Part shown: piece by piece, positions 13,930 to 29,348 of the stretch
Layout: every line of letters starts with the position of its first letter
Position numbering within the stretch: the stretch's first letter is position 1
DNA from: Octopus sinensis
Taxonomy: Eukaryota
Reading direction: 5' to 3'
Assembly (NCBI RefSeq): GCF_006345805.1
Contig: NC_042997.1
Location: forward strand, 185,628,001 to 185,692,000
DNA length: 64,000 nt
Position numbers and translations under genes: made by a program
Notes under the pieces: generated by a model
Databases searched by the model: none
Seen by the model: only the letters and a program-made list of their open reading frames with translations
Told to the model about the DNA's origin: nothing

Positions 13930-15039
13930 GCACATACATACATGCATACATATATAAAAATCGATGTATAGATGTCTGTTTCTCTCAAAGAGTTTTTTTT
14001 TTTAATATACAAACAGAAGACTACTTATTAAACAAACAACATTAAAAATAGACTAGACATGTCGTACATAAAGAAATTATGAAATATTGATAAAAACTTA
14101 CCCAACGGGATGATCGAACGTTGCTGCAGCTATTCACGTCATTAGCCTCCAGGGAGAACTATTTGTTTAGCCACTCAGTATATTGCAGTTGTTAATTGTA
14201 CAAGGGTTTATAATATGCAACAAACAACGACGTAAACATTACATATTTCAGATAAATAATCTCATACAAAGTTAGAAATATTTTCAGACTTCCAAGCACA
14301 CACGAGAATGCCAAGACCCATAGAGCATTTAGACGCATATTAATTATGAATTGAGGTAGTGTGAATCGAGTAAGATATTTAATCACTAATATTTCACAAC
14401 GACTCAACTACACATTCGATACTGTTTTCTATCTATAGAAGTTAAAGAAATGGGAACTGTGTTCGTAAAATACACCGTATAAAATAATCTTGAATATTCA
14501 GAAGTCACTATCAGCAGTCCGTGAAGCGATCTGTCTGGAGGTTCTATATTTCTCTCTCTTCGCTGTTCATCATTAGGGTACAGTAATGTGTTTACATTCT
14601 TTTTTAACCCACAGTGCGTCTTTGTAATATTTTACTTTATTTCAGTTCAGATTTACGCTGTGTGTGATATATAGACTGTTTAGATAAGGACGTAACGTGA
14701 AATGCACAGGTATTTAAAATTGGTTACACACCATGGTGGATAACTTAATTCACCACTACTTTATATTGTAACTGATCTATACTATTCATTCGGGGCAAAG
14801 AAACTATATACATTTTCTCTGAGGATCAGCAGACAAACCCTGAAATGATCCGCCAGGAAGCTCCCACCTTCTTATTCCCGCAGTAAGAACGTGATTCCAT
14901 CCTTTTAAAAACTACAGAGTTGCATTTTAATGCTAAAATAAATTTCACTTCTAATTAATGTTGGCATCTGGAATGTCATCAGGTTCTCCCTGCCCTCTCA
15001 TAGTCTATAATTCAATTGTTGGATGTTCTACATATAGAA

Positions 15040-15885
15040 ATCTAGTGGTGTGTAAGCGCGATGACGTTCTCAAAGAAATCATGGGCGTCGACAAAGATGA
15101 ACTAGCTGATCTGTTTCGGAGTTTTTTTCGGTACTATCATAGACAACTTCCAGAAAGCCCTACTGAGGAACACTCCCGGTTCGAGATAAAGTCTACATGC
15201 ACGGAAATGATGCCAGCGGGACTTTCAAAGATGCACGCAGAGCGCCGAAACTGTTCTGCACCCAATAGTCTAGCGTTCGAGTATTGATCACTTTTGGGGG
15301 TATGTCGATCAACTGTTATCGAAAGAATCCGAATATTGGTCGAATCCATCGTGAGAATCGCTCTCCCACCCACCTTTAACAAGGCAAGTAGGATGTGTTC
15401 CTCCGTCTAGTGGCTTTGGCGAATGAGGTGGTGTAGTGAACGAGGCTGAAAGGATTGAGGAAATATAGAACCCACTTTTGTCAAGCCCAGATCGAATTTT
15501 TAAGTTCCACTTGAAAAGCTAAGTGAGGGTGGAATGAGAAATGCTACCTCCCAGTCAATTTCTGAAAAGATGGGTGATTGTGGAAAAACTGGTTAGAGTG
15601 CATGTGCCTATAGATTGCAATGCAACATTTGGAGGAGGGCTCATGCTTTGGTGGTCAGGGTAATCCTGGATCTGTGGGTTTTCTTGATATACCCTAGTTG
15701 GGACATCACTCATGCTATCGCATACTTTGTATATTATGTATAATTTTATCTCATTTCACCGTCTTTTTTTATTTCTTTCTTTTCCTCTGTTTTGTAAATA
15801 CTCACACAAATCCTTGACTGTCCTTGTGATGTCCCCCTCATCCATGCCCTTGTTGCTAATATAGGAAATCATCATCATCATCATT
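15040..15885 (+). mobile_element. L1/Tx1-like LINE 3' fragment, decayed
   Basis: Across frameshifts reads PVRDKVYMHG..RCTQSAETVLHPIV..FWGYVDQL (zf-RVT-like), then FKFHLK..RVE..F.KRWV; pyrimidine-rich 3' UTR and (CAT)n tail at ~15868. Confidence 0.6.
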
Positions 15886-18800
15886 ATTATTGTTGTTATT
15901 TTTTATGTTATTATTTGACTTTATAGAAAAAAGTTAGTGAGTAAGAATCACTCCGCTCTATATACCGAGGTTCTAAACTCCGCTATATTTGACCCCTTTT
16001 ATCTGAAAACCCTAACCCCTTTTATCTGAAAATCTTGGAGTTCGAAGACATTTCCGAATCATTAGCGACATCGGTGCTAAAACACGAAAGGAATCGCCAT
16101 TTTAGCATAACGTTCCTACTGGGTTAAAATAGATATTGACTTTTATTAGACATTTGTAATGGAAGATACGACAAAGAATGAGAAACAGTCCTCTTCATAA
16201 CTTTCTTCCTAGGCTCCTTCAATAAACCATGTATCGGACTTGGCAATGGTCTTCACTGAGATAATCATTTAGAATTTTCCAATGTAACAGCCAAATTATA
16301 AATTCTTAGAAGATCTTATATTAATTATACAAGGAAGCTACATCTTAAGTATTAACTTAACGATAGTAAAGCATATTTTCCGTAGGAAAACATAATACCC
16401 ATAGAAGCATAGACAATGAGATCATACATGTACGTAAAAACACTACCTAAGCCATGTATCAAGGATTTCGTAGCTGGTGTATAAGTTCATACGAAATAAA
16501 GTAAAAGTGAGTCGCTCGTATCTGGACAGTGTGGCTTTCCAGATTCCATTCTTCACTCAGTGACATACAGGCCAACATCCAACTTGCAGCCGCAAAAGAC
16601 TTTAAAACCGACTACATAGAGGTTTGTTTCTCTCTAATTTTGCGATGTATAATGCACCTATGACAATTGCAGATTGAATCTCGAGGTATACTGGGCTTTC
16701 TGATAATCTATTTATAAGCTAAGAAAACAGCAAACACATTGAACCAGGTCGAATGACAAAGGAAATACTGTACTGTTGCTTCTTTGGACATTGTGCTTCG
16801 TACAATCCATTTCAATAGTAAACCTAGTGCTCAACATACAAGGTTCAAATCCTGATACAACCACCAATATCGTACAAGAAAAGATTCGGGTTTTCGAATT
16901 TTTCTCCCACAGTCATCATTATTCACTACACGTTTTTCAGAATCACCATTCAAAAAAAATTGGCAGGAATTGTCTGACTAATTTTTAAATCACACGAAAT
17001 TCTCAAAGCTAGAATTTTCACAACGAATCTAAATATATTTCATGTACTTTTGTTTTCTTTCCTTCATAGTAACAGTGATAATTCTTAGTATTAATTTCGC
17101 TATGCTACGATGCAATACCGCATATGACCACTACCATCTAGGGACAGTTTACACAAACCATGTCACAATTATTTCATTTAATCATTTCAGCTTTGCCTAA
17201 ATGACAGCACATGATTGGGAAATATCGCCAAATAACGAAGAAAATATGCAACTACATCGCAATACGGAGAGACTCTTTAATATGCACTTGAATATTATGC
17301 TTCTGTTTTTATAAAAATTCTGAACTTAATTTACTTTGTAACTGAAATGCATTATATATTTTCGCTAATGAAAGTCTAACTTGGCTAGAAAGGATTTTGA
17401 TTGATCACTTTTTCTACCTATAGAGAGAGAAAAACTTGTGAGACAATCACTATGCTAATTTTTCAACATGGTAGCAAAACCTTCCGATATCTGCGACATA
17501 GCACAGCCTCTATACAGTTACAGCTATCATTGCCAAAATAAATGAACACATAGATATATACAAGAACACACGTATATATCATATATCATATATATATATA
17601 TACATATGTATATACATATATATATATACATATGTACATACATATATATATATCAATATACATACATACATAAGTGTATATATATGTGTATGTATGTATG
17701 TATATATGTGTGTATATATATGTGTGTGTGTTTGTGTACCGATTCCTCTCCTATATAGTTATATATTGAATACCAGTAAAATATACCGTTTGAAAAGATA
17801 TTTTATGCTTTACAAAAATATTTTTTTAAATTTCGGTATTTTTTGTATTCATTATATATCGTATGTAAAAATATTTTTGATATACATCGCTATATAATGC
17901 ATTAAATCACCTTATATTGCTTTTAGTTTTAGAGAGAATATATTAGAAAATATATTACATTATTAACGGGTTTGAATAATTCATGAGAGAAATTTTACAA
18001 AATGGAAAAAGGAAAGTATAGTTTATATTTGGAGATCCGCCATTCATCTATAATAGACACTTTTTCAGCAATCAGAATAAACATACATATAACATACATG
18101 CATACATATACACACACATATACATGGATACATATATACATACATACATACATGTGTATGTATATTTGTGTGTGTGTGCGCGTGTGCGAGTCATACATAT
18201 AACGTATTAAAATATATCATATACTTTTATTCCCTCAAGCGAATAAATGGAATATTATTTTGTAAATTATTTATCAGAAAAATTGATGATATTATGATTT
18301 CACTGTAGGAAAATGAAACACCTAAATTCTGTTGGAAAATTGATGATATTAGTGTTTCAAATAGCTTGAATTTATTTTTGTTGGTTGAGATTAAATAGCT
18401 TTTCTATGGCTCTGCTTTCAAGCATTTTATTTCTCGATATTTGACATAATTTTATATCACCTTTTCATATTTTATGATATATAACTTTATAAACACGTTA
18501 ATGAAATATATACTAATTTGACATAATTTTTAACAATTTATATATATTGTGTCCAATGATTACATATGACATTAATATATTTGCAAAAATGCATTTCAAT
18601 ATTCTATATTATCTCTCTAATCCCCTTGTAAACCTCATTCTATCTATTTCAAAATAAATAAAGAAAAGCACAAATTCTTCATGGCAGCAATATCAAGTTG
18701 CCACTGAAATTACTCGCAGGTAAAGCTAGGTTTATATCAATGCAAGCAACTATTCAAATAAGCGTCTATACAGAAAATATCTCTGCACTATATTTATGAA

Positions 18801-19526
18801 ATATTTATCGGCATATAATCTGTGTATAGGATTCTTTTTTCGGGTACTAGCAATACTGTCCGTATTAATAGATTATTAAGCTTCATGTTAAATTCAAATT
18901 TTAAAGGAATTTGCAGCTGTTGAAGTTATTCATGTTATTTTCAGTTGATATTTTAAACAGTTTTATGGAATATATATATAGGTGAAGCAATAAAGTATTA
19001 CTGCCTCGAAATACAGTAGAGCATTGATCTGTTGCTTTTCCTTTTGTACATTTACATATATAGTACAACCATTCATTTCAGTATCTTCATACATTTGCTG
19101 TATACTAATTTATGTCTCTAGTTTGTAACATTTTCCAATATTCCGATAATTTTGTATTAACTTATTGCTTTGTTACTTTTGTAGTATATTCTTAAAAGAT
19201 TGGAATATTTTTGGAGGAAATAATAATGCTAAATTTCTGTTGCGCTTAAAACAGATGTCATTTATGTGCTAACTCTTTCAGTTTTATTTCACGTTTTCTT
19301 AAAACTTTTAGTCAAAGATATAGAGGGGTTACTGCACCATCCTTTTACATCGAATTACACTATTGATTCCCATAAAAATGCCTGAGAGTGATAATTAAAT
19401 TGTTACTTAATGCGTGGTGAAATCGAGTTATACAGTGAATTCGATCAAAACTTTGCTGCCAAGCATTCGTTCTACATATCATTAAATTTAAACATTAATT
19501 TAGCTCTCAATTATATTTATGCTTGG

Positions 19527-19527
19527 A

Positions 19528-19598
<71 letters not shown>

Positions 19599-19820
19599 AT
19601 CTGTATATATATATGTACGTTTGTATGAATGTATGTACATATGGATGTATGTATGTACGTATGTATGTATATATGTACGTATGTATGCATGTATTTATGG
19701 ATGTATGTATGTAAGCATGCATGTGTGTATGTGTATCGAAAGAATATTCAACAGTCAGCGGAATAAGATTGGGAAAGTAGTTTCTTCTCAGAAAAATTAA
19801 TGAATTTAGATGCAGCATGC

Positions 19821-19851
<31 letters not shown>

Positions 19852-20030
19852 CATATATATATATAAATATATATGTATATATGCATATATATATATATGT
19901 ACATATATGTATATATACATATACATACATACACACATATATATATACATATATATATACATATATATACATATATGTATATATATATATATATATTATA
20001 TATATATATATACATATATTTATATATATA
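19527..20030. repeat. (TATC)n, (TATG)n and (TA)n compound microsatellite
   Basis: Direct reading. Confidence 0.92.
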
Positions 20031-20149
20031 AATGAATTTATACGATTGTATTTATGTAGAAATGAATTTATGAAAATAGAGAAGTATTACATTTAAGATA
20101 TAATATTTACATAAATTAAAAACCGTATCCAAACAATACACACACACAG

Positions 20150-20195
<46 letters not shown>

Positions 20196-20427
20196 CACAC
20201 ACACACACACACGCACACACAGTTCCTGGCATAAATGTAACTGTAAAATATCTCTTGTTGCATTTTCATTGGTGGAATGAAGAAGCTATCAGAGGAATTA
20301 TAACAGGTCGGTTATTTAATAAGCAAAGGTTGCTAATGCTATATTTCACCTCTAAAATCCTCATAATTCAAGTGAAATAAGCATTGAATCCAAATTTGAG
20401 CATAACAGCCAGTAAATTTGGGAGGAG

Positions 20428-20598
20428 TTAAATCGATTGCATCGACCTCTGAGCTCATCTGTTACTTAATTCATCGACCACGAAAGGGTGAAAATCAAAA
20501 GTCGATCCCGGCAGAATTTGAACTCAGAGCACGAAGAGGGTTGAAATGATGGTAAGCATTTTGTCCGGCGTGCTAAAGATTCTGCCAGCTGACCGCCT
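20428..20598 (-). mobile_element. SINE family B, diverged copy
   Basis: Minus strand GGCGGTCAGCTGGCAGAATCTTTAGCACGCCGGACAAAATGC..CTGAGTTCAAATTC matches the copy at 42313. Confidence 0.7.
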
Positions 20599-20773
20599 CT
20601 GTAACTAAAGAACATATCCAAATATAATTTGCATATCGCGTTTTCAAGATGAAACAAAAGCTAATTGCAACCGATGCGAGGGCACTCAGTTTAGATAAAG
20701 AAGAAAGACTGAAACTGAATACATGCAACTTAACCAATAGGACGCTTACATAGAGACATTTGTACATTTACAT

Positions 20774-20846
<73 letters not shown>

Positions 20847-20891
20847 GTATACATACATATACATATATGTATATGTATACGTTTGTATGTA

Positions 20892-22132
20892 TTGAGTCAT
20901 CCCATGAATAATGTGGTTTTTCTTATACTACTTTTATTTTTCAAATTTAAGATGAAGTTCTTTTTAATCTAAAATATACCCTCCTCCATTTTTTACAATG
21001 CCCTTCCATCTATCTGGAAGACCTTCAAGGACCCCCTTCCAAAATTCACTTGTCCGTGACGAAAAATACCCCTGCAATATTGTTCTGACATCGTCTTCAC
21101 AGTTCATATTTCTTCCGTCCAAATGAATTTGAAGCCTGCGGAATAAATGATAATCAGATGGGGCAATATCCACCGAATATGGTGGGTGGGGCATCGTCTC
21201 TCATTCAAACTGCTCCAGACTTTGGATTGCCATCCTCACTGTAGGTGACCGAGCATTATCCTGATGGAAGAACATCTTTCGTCTTGAAACCAAAGGTGGT
21301 AGTTTTGCTTCTAGCGCTGACTTAAGCCGCTCAAGCTGCTCGCAGTAGATCTCCTTTGCTATCGTTTGGTTTGGATTTAAACGTTCAAAGTAAACTAAAT
21401 CTTTCAAATCCTGCCAAACAGATAACACCACGTTACGTGGGGCAATACCTTTTTTTAGTCTGGGGTGCCTGTGTTTCCCCTTTCCCTACCCATTGTCTTC
21501 GGCGCTTGACATTTTCACAGAGAACTCATTTCTCGCCACCAGTCACTATTCGGTCCAGAAAAGTTTCATTCGTGAGACGTGACAGCAAAGAAGAGCGCAT
21601 ATTCACTCTGCGCACGATTAAACTCGGAATTTTTGTGAGCATCCCATTGACCCAATTCACTGATGACCCAATTCCGATGATACGCAGGTACCGATGAATG
21701 GCTGAATGACCAAATCCAATCTCCTCTGCTAGTTCCTCAATAGTTTCGATGGGATTTTGTTCCACTAGAGTTTGCAGGACGTCCTCGTCGAGCTTTACAA
21801 ATCTTTCAGAACGAGGCTCGTCTTCTAGGCTGTAATTTCAGGCTCGGAATTTCTGGAACCACCATTGACACTGATTTATTCTTATTGCCCGATCCCCATA
21901 TACTGCATAGTCCTCGGATTTTCCATTGAGTCTTGCCTACATTGAATTAATAAAGCAAAATATGCTTCCATAATAGCTTTGAAAAAATAACTATTAAAAT
22001 CGAACTGCACTCCTCAAAACTTGGACTAAAAGTAAAATTACTACCTGCATCAATTTGTTATAAAAGCAGGTAGTAATTTTATTTCGTTCCCCTCAGAATT
22101 GGAAAAATCGCAGTATTTATGGGATGACCCAA
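20892..22132 (-). mobile_element. Mariner (DD34D) DNA transposon, near full length, transposase pseudogene
   Basis: ~30-bp TIRs (TTGAGTCATCCCATGAATAATGTGGTTTTT / AAAAATCGCAGTATTTATGGGATGACCCAA), TA on both sides. Motifs FLDRIVTGGEK, FFHQDNAR, HPPYSVDIAPSDYHLF; multiple stops and frameshifts. Confidence 0.93.
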
Positions 22133-22763
22133 TATGTATTGCACATATAGAATACACGCATACGCACACACAGCTATACATACATAGATACACACATACA
22201 TATATATGTGTATTCTTGTATGTGTGTGTTTATGTGTGTGTGTATGTCTGTGTGTGTGCGTGTGTAAATATATTATGTAAAAATATCCGACGAGATACAC
22301 ATTAAAACATTTTATGGTAGCTACATTAGATATAATGGACAGAATGCACAACACAGAGAAATGATGCCATGTCAATTGGTAATGTATACAAACGATATAT
22401 ACAAACTAGCACAGGATTGGATATGGATAGTGAGAACGTCTGTAGATATGTAAATTACCTCCATCTCATGAACGAGTTTTGAGATTATTGAAATAATGTT
22501 ACCCGTAAATAAAACAAAGAAAAGGACTAACTCTATAGATCCATTAGCAGAAGCGTCTAAATTGAATGTGATTGGATCTTAAAGCTCTGTTTCAGCTTTT
22601 AAAATATCTGTTAAATTTTTAGAGTAGATATTAGTGGATACTAAAATTCTTAGCTATTGGAAAGCGCTTAGTTAATTGGCATATTTGACTTTAAACATTA
22701 TATACAAACATACATACACCGTGCCTGTGCCCACACACTCACACAATACACACTCACACACGC

Positions 22764-22794
<31 letters not shown>

Positions 22795-23339
22795 TCACAG
22801 GGGCACGACTAGAGTTTATTGCCCCATTAATTGCCTTTAAATTTTTCAAATTTTTGTCCCATAATGCTTTTTCTACGGTACCAAGCTTGATACGGATTTC
22901 AGTATTAGATTCCTCATTTTGATCGTTCAAATAATTTAAAATGTCTTAATTATATTAATCATTTTTCTTTAAAATAACTCGCTTCATCTCCATCATAGCA
23001 CATTTTTCGACACCGAATATCATGGCAATATCGCAATTAAATATTCTCACAGTTTGCTCTAAGCTTTTCATTTGGATTATGTCTGTTTGTGCTACGAAGC
23101 ATTTAATCAACCAGAAATGTGTGATGGTTCACTTATGCCCTATTTTTTACACATTTCTTAAATAGTAGTGTCTTGTTATTATGAGGTTTAATTGGTGGTA
23201 GTGTTGGATGCGGATGCATCTCCAAAAAATATAATACTGAACTTTATTTTGGGAATATGTATTTGATATACTGCATATGAGTGAAAAAGTCAAGTAATTT
23301 TTGCTTTTGTCATTTATATTATCAATCTCACGACGGCCA

Positions 23340-23740
23340 AGTCAGCTTGGTTAGGAATCGAGGTTGATACTCATTGTGGCATTGAAGTTGCCAAGTAGCA
23401 CTAGCTGTCTCTGGTTTGGATTACCCTGAATTGACTCTGCGAATTCATCACAGAATTCGTTCATTGTGTCATGTATTAAATAGAAGGTCGGAGCATACTG
23501 ACAAAGTTGACAGGCCCATGTGTTGTATCGAACCGAAATAAGAAAATCCACCCGATCCTTCTCTCAATGGCTCCACAATCTTCAGCAGTGGGTTTCTCAA
23601 TGCAACAACATACTCTCTATTCTTGTCTCAGACTTTCCCTGCCAGAGAAAAAGGAATAATCTCCCTTATACTCGGTTCCTGATTCTTCAAAATGCGTCTG
23701 GGGAGATTTTGCAATGCCCACTTGAAATTTTTGCGGTTTG
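23340..23740 (-). mobile_element. RTE-clade LINE, APE endonuclease fragment
   Basis: YAPT..EF..LVLLGNFNA and LFLFLWQGKS motifs typical of RTE-type APE domains; decayed. Confidence 0.7.
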
Positions 23741-24065
23741 TTGTTAAGCATTCCTTTCTTTCATGCGATTCTAATTTTTCAGGACGTTTACTAAGTTTAC
23801 AGTGGTCTTGGTCTCTATATTAAAGTATTGTAAATACCGTGAAAAATGTTTTAATGCCACAATAAATATTATAATCAATTTGCTGAAAAAACATTTCAGT
23901 GACGATAGGCAAATGGCCAACAATTTACAATGATATTTGCAATGCGATATGTATTAAGGAAAAGTAGCTCCATTCCAACACCCAACCGCACAATTATATG
24001 ATTATATAAATTCATATATGCATATAATAATAATAATAGTTATAATAATAATAACAATAGTTATA

Positions 24066-24097
<32 letters not shown>

Positions 24098-24099
24098 TA

Positions 24100-24127
<28 letters not shown>

Positions 24128-24130
<3 letters not shown>

Positions 24131-24910
24131 GAAGCTCAGGACTCAAAGCAGAAACAGAGGGATTTTTAATTGCAGCACAAGACCAAAGCCTCCCCACCAG
24201 AAATTACCAAAAACATGTAATGAAAAGAAATATTACAAGTAACTGCAGAATATGTGGAGATGGACAAGAAACAATAAATCATATTATCTCTAGCTGCTCA
24301 GTCCTGGCTAAGAAGGAATATATTCACAGACATGACAGAGTTGGAACCTACATACATTGGAAGCTATGCCAACATTATGGAATAACAACAGAAAAAAGAT
24401 GGTATAGGCACACACCAGAAAAGGTCACAGAAAACGAGAAAGCAACCATACTCTGGGATATGCCGATACACACAGATAGAGAAATTAAGGCCAACAGACC
24501 AGATATAGTTGTCAGAGATCATGAAGAAAAAAATGCTTTCTAATTGATGTATCAATACCGGCAGATGACAACGTGTCTCTAAAAGAAATGGAGAAACTCT
24601 CAAAATACAAAGACCTGGAAATAGAGATAACTAGAATGTGGAACCTGAAAACAGAAACAATTCCTATCATAGTAGGTGCATTAGGCATGATAAAAAAATA
24701 TTCAGACAAATACATAACAAAAACACCAGGACTTACAAACACATATAACATACAGAAAATTGCACTACTAGGCACTGCACACATCCTACGCAGAACACTT
24801 TCCATACAATAACCATCAGAGCATCACAACAAATCACAGCACATACCCAAGGCACACAGAGCTGCGCTCGGTAGTGAAGTGAAAGCACGCTATAAAAATA
24901 AAACTACTGA
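24128..24910 (+). mobile_element. 5'-truncated Dong/R4 element (same family as 1-1193) inserted in a (TAA)n tract
   Basis: Near-identical to ~407-1193; CCHC, RHD and RLE motifs; one frameshift in an A-run at ~24530; (TAA)n on both sides. Confidence 0.93.
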
Positions 24911-24946
24911 ATAATAATAATAATAATGATAATAATACTAATGATA

Positions 24947-24978
<32 letters not shown>

Positions 24979-25113
24979 AATCTTTTCGCACACACACACG
25001 TATGAGTGAGAGAGAGATAAAGGGGAAACAAGGATAGAAAGAGTGAGAGGGAGGGGAGAACAAAGTTAAAGAGAGAGGAAGAAAGAGAGAGGGAAAGAGA
25101 AAGAGAGTGTTAG

Positions 25114-25145
<32 letters not shown>

Positions 25146-25611
25146 TTACTAAATGAAAAAAGTCGTTGAAAAAAGCTGGCTTATTTTTACATCAAGAAGC
25201 GAGTAAGAAATATATAAACGATGGCAGGTCGTCCTGATATAGTAATATATCAATGATTCTTCTGAAACATTCTTTGCAATGGTTTATCAGGTGCAAAATA
25301 CGATATTTTTAGTTAGATCAACGTAATTGGAAGGAAAGAAATTGTTATCTGTGTAAGAAAAATACTAAAATAGAAACAGTTTTTTTTTGTTCTGTTGCTC
25401 ATGTCGCACGTCCAGTACTACTTTATGAAGTGTTTGAAATGCCAAAGACAAAAGTGTTGAATGTAACAACGATGGCAATCACAGAGTCAGAATGTTTGGA
25501 ATGAAGTTTCAGTCAAAAGTTTTCAACAATTTCTTATCAGTGATAACTTTTTGTTACTGTTTTACCTGCTTTTCCTATTTATACTTCGAAGACTGGATTT
25601 AAATATCGTGT

Positions 25612-26003
25612 TCTTTTATTCTTTCATTCGTTTGACAGCGGCCATGCTGGAGCACCGCCTTTAGTCAAACAAATCGACTCCGGAACCCATTCTACGTTAG
25701 CCTGGTACTTATTATGTCGGACCCTTTTGCCGAATTGCTAATTTATGGGGACGTAAACACACCTACATCGGTTGTCCTGCAACGGCGGGGAACGAACACA
25801 GACACACACACATGCACACACACAAATATATACATATACGACGGGCTTCTTTCAGTTTCCATCTACCAAATCCACTCAAAAGTCTTTGATCGGCCCGAGG
25901 CCATAGCAGAAGACACCTGCCCAAGTTGCCACGCAGTGGGACTAAACCCGGAAACATGTTGTTCGTAAGCAAGCTACTTACCACACAGCCACGCCTGCGC
26001 CTA
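25612..26003 (-). mobile_element. SINE family A
   Basis: Full-length homology to 58001-58385. Confidence 0.9.
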
Positions 26004-26579
26004 TATAGAAAACTTGAATAAATTGAAGTATAAAATTAAAGAAAATTATGTAACTTGTATCAAAATTTCCGAGTGTAAATTAACATAGTAATTTTATATT
26101 AATTAAAATTTCCAACAAATGGATAAAAGATATAAGCGTGTGTTGCACTTAAAATTCGTGTTCGTATTATATTGTTACCTTTGTATTTTCATTTGATTTT
26201 TTACATTTTATTCAGCGAAAACTTGAAACCATAATTGGCCTATGGCTAAAGGACTGGCATATGTTTTATATGTCGCTCAACGTATTCACTAGCTAGAAAA
26301 ACTTTTCTTTCCTTAATTGACGATAAATGTAATTTTAAACATTATTAAAATAAATGACAATATAAATAAAAGTTTCAAAATATTTTGTTTAAAATATTAG
26401 CAAAAACAAATAACTCATAATTTAACTATAGTGATTTGCTACTTTAAGTACAGTGAAACTGGTTGCCTTCTTACGTTGGAATAACTGCTCAATGCTCGTT
26501 CACCGAAGTCAAGCAATATCGTATATGTTAAGTATTTAGATGGTCCGGTTAGGAAACGTCAGTGTCGAAGACATCTAAT

Positions 26580-26745
26580 TGGGTGTTTGCATAGCCGTGT
26601 GGTTAAAAGTTCGCTTCGCAGTCACAAAAATCCTTGGTGTGATCCAACAGCGTGTTAACTTGGGCAAATGTGTTTTATTAGAGCTTGGCTTGATCCCAAT
26701 ATTTTGCTGTGAAATTTGAATAGAAAACTGTGTGGAAGCCCGTCG
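26580..26745 (+). mobile_element. Old SINE family A-like head
   Basis: TAGCCGTGTGGTTAAAAG..TTGGGCAAATGTG..GAAGCCCGTCG, diverged. Confidence 0.55.
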
Positions 26746-27942
26746 ATGGTGACTGGTGACTACATTTTATCAATTCCAGAAATATGTAAACTGAAGTTGA
26801 CAATGACGATTTGAATCAAGAACATAATGAGACGTAACTACAGGCCATATGGCATTCTGTCCAATAATACATTCTCTATAATATGAACTTCTCTCTCTGT
26901 TGAGAATGGACTTGGTGCTGCTCTGATCATCTACCGTAGATATAAAATCTTATTTGATTATTTGAAGTACTTAAGTTAATTCTAAATATTCCCTTTCTTT
27001 TGTCTGAAATATTTTGTAGTGTTTTGAGAATTGGTGGAGGTCGGGATTGAAGGGGTGCCGCAATAGTTAATTGTTAAATTACTTAGAGCTGACAGCGGCA
27101 AATATGGGGTTGATGGCGATCATGAGGGTGACGATGAGGACAAAGATGATAGCGATTATACTTACGAAGAAGATGAAGTAGAGGGTGTGATGATTGCAGA
27201 CACCAGCATTGATATATAAAATAATATTCTATTTTATGCTTTTCGTACATATTTATTGCAATTAATACTGACAGGGGAATGAATCGGAAAAAGAAGGAAA
27301 AATAAAAAAGAAAAACTTTTAAATGCTGTGAGCGCAGGTCGACAAGACTTTTTGAAAGATTCTAAGAGATATAGAAAATGAAGAATTGAAATTTTCCATA
27401 TCTTTAATTATAGTAGGAACAACAATAGCAAGTAGGAATGTTGGTGGGTAAAACGCAAGCTCATATTGTTATTTATTCCGCATCATTTGGCCGCTTTTAC
27501 TATATGAACCGTAAAATGGCTTTTAGGCGCAAATGATGACTTTTAGCCGGTAGCCTTCAGCTGCCTACATTCATGGCGGCTGTTTCTGTTGATTGTAATT
27601 ATTCAAATTAAATTTATTCCGCCATCTTCTTCCCCGTATCTCCCTCATTCTTTTCAACACTATTAGCGTTGTCATTTTCAATAATATCACCATTGTTGTC
27701 ATCTCCACTGCATTAATATTCATAGATTATTATTATTATTTGTTGTTGTTGTTGTTGTTGTGTACCATCATGTCTGCACATGTCTAATGAGAAGATGTGA
27801 TAATAAAAAAATGTTCCAACCGCGTCCATCCGAACGTAATTTTAGAGGTTGTACTTAGTACTAGATTTATACTCAGTACAAGTACAACAGCTGGTAGGTG
27901 AGATTGCAAGTAGACAATCACGTCCTGAGATTTCTGCTAACG

Positions 27943-28180
<238 letters not shown>

Positions 28181-28659
28181 TACGCACATACATAAACAAA
28201 TGCATATATTAGATAAACAGACAAATAGATAGAAAGAGAGAGAAAGAGGGGGGGAGACAGATAAACTGATAGACAGATAAATAGATACTTAGATATACAT
28301 ATATACTTGCCCATTTTTCTATATATGTATATATAGATAACATGCACATATGTGTATATATGAGTGAGTGTGCGTCTGTGCGCGCGTGTGTATACTCTGG
28401 TACTAAACAATCCTGGGTCAACCAATGCCCTGTACAGGAACATGGTAGACAGAAAGTGTCGGAAGACTCTTGTGCGGGCGTGTGTTTGTATATATGAGAA
28501 CATGAAAAAGAAATAGTTTTTCTAATAATTCTTTCTACATTTCAAATGTTCACAAATCGTGGAAACTGAGAGTTTGCATCACGACTGGAGACTCACGCCA
28601 CTGCAATCTTCAGTCGAGAATAGCGGTATGAAATTCGAGTCGTGAGACTTACTCTCAGT

Positions 28660-28992
28660 TCCAGTTTGAAGAAAAAGTAGACGCATACAAACTGCAAGAT
28701 TTCAAGTGGGCATTGCAAAACCTCCCCAGGTTTTGAAGAATCAGGATCTGAGTATAAGAGAGATTATTCCTTTTTCTCTGGCAGGGAAGGTCTGAGACAA
28801 GAATAGAGAGTATATTGTTGCATTGAGAAACCCATTGTTGAAGATTGTGGAGCCATTGAGAGAAGGACCGGGTGGATTTTCTCATTTCGGCTCGATACAA
28901 CACATGGGCCTGTTCACTTTGTCAGTATGTTCCGACCCTCTATTCAATACATGACACATTGAACGAATCAATTCAGGTTAATCCAAACAACA
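28660..28992 (+). mobile_element. RTE-clade APE fragment, inverted homolog of 23430-23735
   Basis: Opposite-strand ORFs 23520 and 28655 translate almost identically. Confidence 0.7.
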
Positions 28993-29130
28993 CGCATCGA
29001 GCACTCTTCTTTCATTCCCCCGACATAAACCAACGTACAACCACTCTCTCTCTCTCACACACACACACCCAAAGACACACAGACACACACACACGTACAT
29101 TCACACATGTCATCACATACCGATATGCTG

Positions 29131-29348
29131 ATATATGTCTTCAGGGAGAGCTTGCGTGAGTAGATCTGTGTGTAGGTGTGTGTATGTATGTATATTTCCA
29201 TATGTATAAAGCAGAAAAATATGGGACCCTGTGTTAAACATATATGTCTTTAGGGAGAGCTTGCGTGAGTAGATCTGTGTGTAGGTGTATGTGTGTATAT
29301 TTCCATATATATAAAGCAGAAAAATATGGGACCCTGTGTTAAACATAT
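29131..29348. repeat. Tandem duplication, 2 x ~109 bp
   Basis: ATATATGTCTTYAGGGAGAGCTTGCGTGAG..GGGACCCTGTGTTAAACATAT at 29131 and 29240. Confidence 0.9.

Noticed and set aside
14604-16127. piggyBac element bounded by TTAACCCA / TGGGTTAA
   Set aside because: Only 8 bp of terminal match; likely chance.
27110-27200. Acidic D/E-rich coding-like stretch
   Set aside because: Decayed (GAT)n low complexity with no splice or ORF support.
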